From Nitrosopumilaceae archaeon (GTDB taxonomy: Archaea > Thermoproteota > Nitrososphaeria > Nitrososphaerales > Nitrosopumilaceae): a stretch of DNA of 64,000 nt. This document shows, piece by piece, positions 60,004 to 64,000 of the stretch; the stretch's first letter is position 1, and every line of letters begins with the position of its first letter. The position numbers were made by a program, and so were the translations under genes. The stretch spans positions 1,792,001 through 1,856,000 of the forward strand of contig CBDCCK010000002.1 of NCBI GenBank assembly GCA_965214835.1, given 5' to 3'. Below the pieces are notes generated by a model, which worked only from the letters and a program-made list of their open reading frames with translations, did no database searches and was not told the origin of the DNA.

Positions 60004-62574
60004 TTACGCATACTTGACACCCCCGTGCGCCGTGCCGCCGTTTCCGTTGTCCGAGGAGTCCGACAGGTCGCCCTCAAATTCAAGGTGCATCAGAAGCGCA
60101 TCATTGTATGCTCCCATATACGCACAATCGCCGGTAAGCGCGTCGATGACGCCGTCGCCTCCGGCGTCTGACACGGTAGCCATCTCCACGTGGCATTCAT
60201 GCACGTCTGACACATAGTCGGCAGGCAGCCGTGTCGAGTATACCATGATATCGTCCAGTGTAACGTCCTGCACAGCCTTCCCTTCGGTGCTGCCAGCGCC
60301 TATCACAAGCGGATGATCGCTTGCAATGGAGCCCGCCAGTGATGAGCTGTGCCGACGCAGGTTGTCTATCCGTCCGTCCACGTATACGTCGAGTCCGTTC
60401 CTGTACCCGGAGCCGTCGTAGGTGAACACAATATGGTGCCAGCGGCCGTCAGTTACGCCGGAGAACGTGTTGACGGTGATCTGGGTTTTCTCACCGTCTG
60501 TCAACCGGAGCGAGATCCCGCCGCCAGGTTTAGCCCACATGACAATGCCCGGGTGCAGATCTTTCCCGGCCTTTGACATGATCGACGAGCCCGGCTCTCT
60601 GGGGTCGGTCATCTTGATCCAAAAGGTGATGCTGAACGGATTGGCTCCGTCAAGATCTAGACCGGGTGCATCGGCAAGCGTGACGTATGCGGTGCCGTCA
60701 AGGTGGAGGGCCCGGCCGGTGGGGCCGTACGTAGACAGGGAGGACCACTCGGGTGGATGCCACTCGGTCACATCCACACTATGACCGGTATACTCGTAAA
60801 CCGCTGATGGTATAGGGGTGTCCGGTTTTGGGGGACCGTGAAATTCGGCCACTCTAGTGCCACTGTCGTATATCTCCAGATGCCGCTGATGTACATCTGC
60901 TTCCGGAGGCACAGTATTGACGATGCCGTAATGGGTTTCCAACAAGTGCCGAGCCTGCTCGATTCTGTTGATAGATTCTATCATTACGATCCTTTTAGTT
61001 TTTACAGGATGTATGTGCTTAGGGAGATCATCTGCCGTGCCAGAACCGGTAAGATTGTAGACGTTTGACAACAGCGATTCAGTAACCCCACGCATGATTA
61101 TGTCTGTATCAGAATCCGCATAGTTTTGCAGCGTAAAAGACACCGCTTCAGAGTACGCAGATGTAGAGTCCCAGTGTACAAGCACTCCCGACGTAGAAAG
61201 GCCAAGCGATGCGGCCACAAGTACGGCCACCAGCAGCAGTGTGCACTGCCTATCTGGGCCCCGCCTTCCCGCAGACGCCCTTTCGATTCTGCCACTGATC
61301 AGTGCAGCAGTGGCGATGCACATCGCAGTCCACAGCATTCCCAGGTGAAACCACTCTACATATCCAATTAATCCGAAGAACAGCAGGACGGGTACTGCCC
61401 ACAGCATCAGAAACCTGCTACGTATAGCGGCCGCAAAGACTAGACCTATTGCACCCAGTGATATCATGATTGGATCCACTCGAAACAGGGATATGGTGGC
61501 CATCAGCAGGATCGCAGGATGGGTCAATATGTCAGGATCATGACCCTGCACTAGAGCCACTGAAGTGTATTGTTGCAATACGTTCAGCATATTCTGACCG
61601 TATCTGTCTGTCTGCCACAGGACGCCTTTTATCCACTGATCGAACTCACCCTCCAGCGCCGCAGACGCGGGCCATGCTGCCGCAATCAGGATCACGGGCA
61701 CAAGCCACAGCAGCATCCGCCCCGGCCTTTTGCCGGCCGACCAGACCAAAGCAAGAACCAGCGGGATCATGACAAGCGAGGGGATCTTGACAAGCATGGC
61801 ACATCCCATACAGACGCCCGACAGGAGAACCAGCAGGTGGGCCTTGTCCGGGGCTGGCTGCAGCGGCGCCCTCCCCCCTGTGACGGAATTGCTCTTTGGA
61901 TCTGGGCCGCATGCGTACATGGCAAGCAGAACGGAGGACAGGACAAACGGGAGTAGAATCGAGTCCAGCAGAACCATCCTGAGCGTCAACGATACGGGCA
62001 TTGCCGCAAACAGGACGGCTGCGATCGGTGCTGCCCTGCGCCCAAAGCCCCTCTCGACTATCTTGTAGATCAGAAAGGTGTCCAAGACAGCAAGCAGGCC
62101 CATGAGGATGCGCGGTGCCCCGTAAAGCATCCCAATCGAGGACGCATCCTCCGATGTGACAAAGGAGTCAGGATATCCGGTGACATGCATGAATCCGGCC
62201 AGTATCGTCCAGCCAAGAAACGGATGGTCGTGCTTGTCGGACAATATCTTGTAATTCATGGCATCCAGAGCCTGCTCTATATAGACAGACTCGTCTACAT
62301 TCCAGGGCGGGAAACCCGCCGGGTTCCACAGGTGTGTATATGCAGAAAGCACCAGTATTGCAACAAGCATGAGGAGCGGTCCGCGTCCTGACAGGTGCCC
62401 GTGCCAAAAGTGACACGTCCGAGAGGGGGAGGGGCTGTCGCCTAATTTGTCTCCTTGGCTCAATCTACACGTTTTCCTGAACCTCCACTCCAGCACTCCT
62501 AGGCTCGGATGACATCGTATGGTTTTCAGAAATTCCGATGAATTAGGCGACAACCCCCGTCCGAGGCCAAGCAT
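60004..62574 (-). CDS. GT-C/LamG fusion, paralog of 53664-56234
   Basis: Same length (856 aa) and architecture; part of a 2.75-kb duplication. Confidence 0.85.
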   Translation of the reverse strand: MLGLGRGLSPNSSEFLKTIRCHPSLGVLEWRFRKTCRLSQGDKLGDSPSPSRTCHFWHGHLSGRGPLLMLVAILVLSAYTHLWNPAGFPPWNVDESVYIEQALDAMNYKILSDKHDHPFLGWTILAGFMHVTGYPDSFVTSEDASSIGMLYGAPRILMGLLAVLDTFLIYKIVERGFGRRAAPIAAVLFAAMPVSLTLRMVLLDSILLPFVLSSVLLAMYACGPDPKSNSVTGGRAPLQPAPDKAHLLVLLSGVCMGCAMLVKIPSLVMIPLVLALVWSAGKRPGRMLLWLVPVILIAAAWPASAALEGEFDQWIKGVLWQTDRYGQNMLNVLQQYTSVALVQGHDPDILTHPAILLMATISLFRVDPIMISLGAIGLVFAAAIRSRFLMLWAVPVLLFFGLIGYVEWFHLGMLWTAMCIATAALISGRIERASAGRRGPDRQCTLLLVAVLVAASLGLSTSGVLVHWDSTSAYSEAVSFTLQNYADSDTDIIMRGVTESLLSNVYNLTGSGTADDLPKHIHPVKTKRIVMIESINRIEQARHLLETHYGIVNTVPPEADVHQRHLEIYDSGTRVAEFHGPPKPDTPIPSAVYEYTGHSVDVTEWHPPEWSSLSTYGPTGRALHLDGTAYVTLADAPGLDLDGANPFSITFWIKMTDPREPGSSIMSKAGKDLHPGIVMWAKPGGGISLRLTDGEKTQITVNTFSGVTDGRWHHIVFTYDGSGYRNGLDVYVDGRIDNLRRHSSSLAGSIASDHPLVIGAGSTEGKAVQDVTLDDIMVYSTRLPADYVSDVHECHVEMATVSDAGGDGVIDALTGDCAYMGAYNDALLMHLEFEGDLSDSSDNGNGGTAHGGVKYA
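62431..62557. mobile_element. MITE family B inside the 5' end of the second GT-C gene
   Basis: Near-identical to 56091-56217. Confidence 0.8.
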
Positions 62575-62621
62575 GAGCTAGCCCCGCCCATCATCCAAAT
62601 AACGGTTTGGTAACAGATAGT

Positions 62622-62713
62622 GTACGAGTTTACCCCTCAGGAGACAAGACTGGCCCGAACCTTCATGATCGTGCCTGCCACGCCGTATTCCTCGAGATGG
62701 GGTAAACTCATAC
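62622..62713. mobile_element. IS66-type MITE
   Basis: IR gta(c/t)gagtttacccc; acagatagt duplicated; empty site in paralogous region near 56273. Confidence 0.8.
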
Positions 62714-62746
62714 ACAGATAGTTCGTTGGTATGTGGTCACGCCCCT

Positions 62747-63016
62747 CTGAGAGATGATCCGAAATTAGAAACCGTACGAATTTTTCAAGTAATTTCACAG
62801 ATAATCTGCATCTTGTTGATATTTTGAGTTGTTTTATGCAAATTCGTTTACAAATAATCCAGTACTTCCCAAGTGTACTTTTACAGGCACGGCAATTACG
62901 TAATTTGCAGAAGACCTTATGCGTAAACAAAATTAGCGGCTATGTCGTGCCGGGTCTGCAGAAGCACACCTAGGAAGTACTGAATCAGAGTCTACTAATT
63001 TTGAATCAACTCTCTG
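62747..63016. mobile_element. MITE family C, longer variant
   Basis: Same ends and first half as 51894-52036. Confidence 0.7.
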
Positions 63017-63336
63017 GTGCGCCCTGCACTAGATGCGTGGCGACGGGAGTTGTTGCACGGCTAGGTGGTCTGGTTCAACTCCCTTGATCCCTGCACATGT
63101 TGATCGGATCAGGCGGTGGATCAAAGGGCAAAGACGCCAGGGGGTGCCGGGCGTGCCACCGTACTGCCGTGCCATGACCGGGGCTTCCATCCGGCGTGGC
63201 TTCCCTGATCACGGCAGGGCGCTGCACGGCAGTGCTTGAGCGCGTAAAAACAGCTAGTATTTCGTGCCTAAAATCAGGGTTGTGCAACAGACTACCGCTA
63301 CGCACGGCTTATTAACCAAACCGAGCAACCACCTCC

Positions 63337-64000
63337 ATGCGGCTGCTCTTTGTCACAACAGGCCCAGACTTTGCGCCGAGCTCGTACTCAAAATGGACGC
63401 ACCAGGACGCGCTCATAAAAAACCTAGAGAAACGCAACATTGAGTGCAAGAGGGTCGTACGCGAGGTGTATCTGGGAAACATCATCATGAGGCTTCCTGT
63501 ACTGAACACGCCAAAGAGAAGGCGCTTTGAACGCCTGCTCGACGAATTCAAACCCGACGCCGTAGTGCTGGACACTCCAAATGATCTGGGACCGGTTGCC
63601 GCCAGCAAAAAAATACCGGTGATGGTGTATTTCTGGGATATCTGGTTGCACCGAGAAATGGCAAGGCGGGACGGGATGGTTTATCACAGCATGCATCTTG
63701 CGGCACGGATTCGTATGATGAATCACTGCATGAAAAAGGCAGCAGTCATACTTGCAGAGACTGATTCCATAGCGAGCGCCATAAAAAGGCATTGTTCACA
63801 GAGCAGCGTGGTAGCATTCCCGTACTCGAGCATAGATACGGACTTTTGGAGAGATAGCGCATGCGGGAGCTCCGTGGTACTGAGGCACCCGTGCGTGGGC
63901 CTGCTACAGCATGCCGGCGAGTGGTCCAAGACAATGGAGATGCTCACCCTGCCAGAGGTCGTCAAGGCGCTCCCCCACGTGATGTTCTATTGGGCCGGCG
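63337..64000 (+). CDS. Glycosyltransferase family 4, paralog of 2227-3312 (runs off window)
   Basis: MRLLFVTTGPDFAP start and colinear similarity; shared upstream cgcacggcttattaacc. Confidence 0.85.
   Translation, partial: MRLLFVTTGPDFAPSSYSKWTHQDALIKNLEKRNIECKRVVREVYLGNIIMRLPVLNTPKRRRFERLLDEFKPDAVVLDTPNDLGPVAASKKIPVMVYFWDIWLHREMARRDGMVYHSMHLAARIRMMNHCMKKAAVILAETDSIASAIKRHCSQSSVVAFPYSSIDTDFWRDSACGSSVVLRHPCVGLLQHAGEWSKTMEMLTLPEVVKALPHVMFYWAG

Noticed and set aside
63035-63085. tggcgacgggagttg is the reverse complement of the tRNA-like gene's 3' end (possible att site or third copy)
   Set aside because: Only 15 bp, no integrase in the window, and the segment also resembles the imperfect inverted end of an element spanning to about 63300; not distinguishable from chance.

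Overview
Archaeal chromosome segment, most likely from a GC-rich thaumarchaeote (Nitrosopumilaceae-like, possibly a host symbiont). This is inferred from apgM, GalT, ThiDN, a NusA-like gene upstream of archaeal aspS, and a giant LVIVD/Ig surface protein. Housekeeping genes are embedded in a very dense, partly nested mobilome: IS630, single-ORF IS66, ISH3-like, IS5, IS6, IS3, IS481, IS110 and several MITE families with readable TIRs and TSDs. The right third is a surface-glycan locus (epimerase, sulfotransferase, GT2, GT4, two GT-C/LamG fusion paralogs) with a HicBA-like pair. Three observations stand out. (1) A duplicated non-canonical tRNA-like gene has a GAU (Ile) anticodon but a 9-bp class-II variable arm. 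(2) An IS110 element has a left non-coding end that folds into a two-loop bridge RNA whose four guides match the element's own target and donor junctions. (3) Two isolated 35-37 bp duplications of ordinary coding sequence each flank a 36-40 bp foreign insert, the geometry of ectopic CRISPR spacer integration. All calls were made by eye; no database searches were run.
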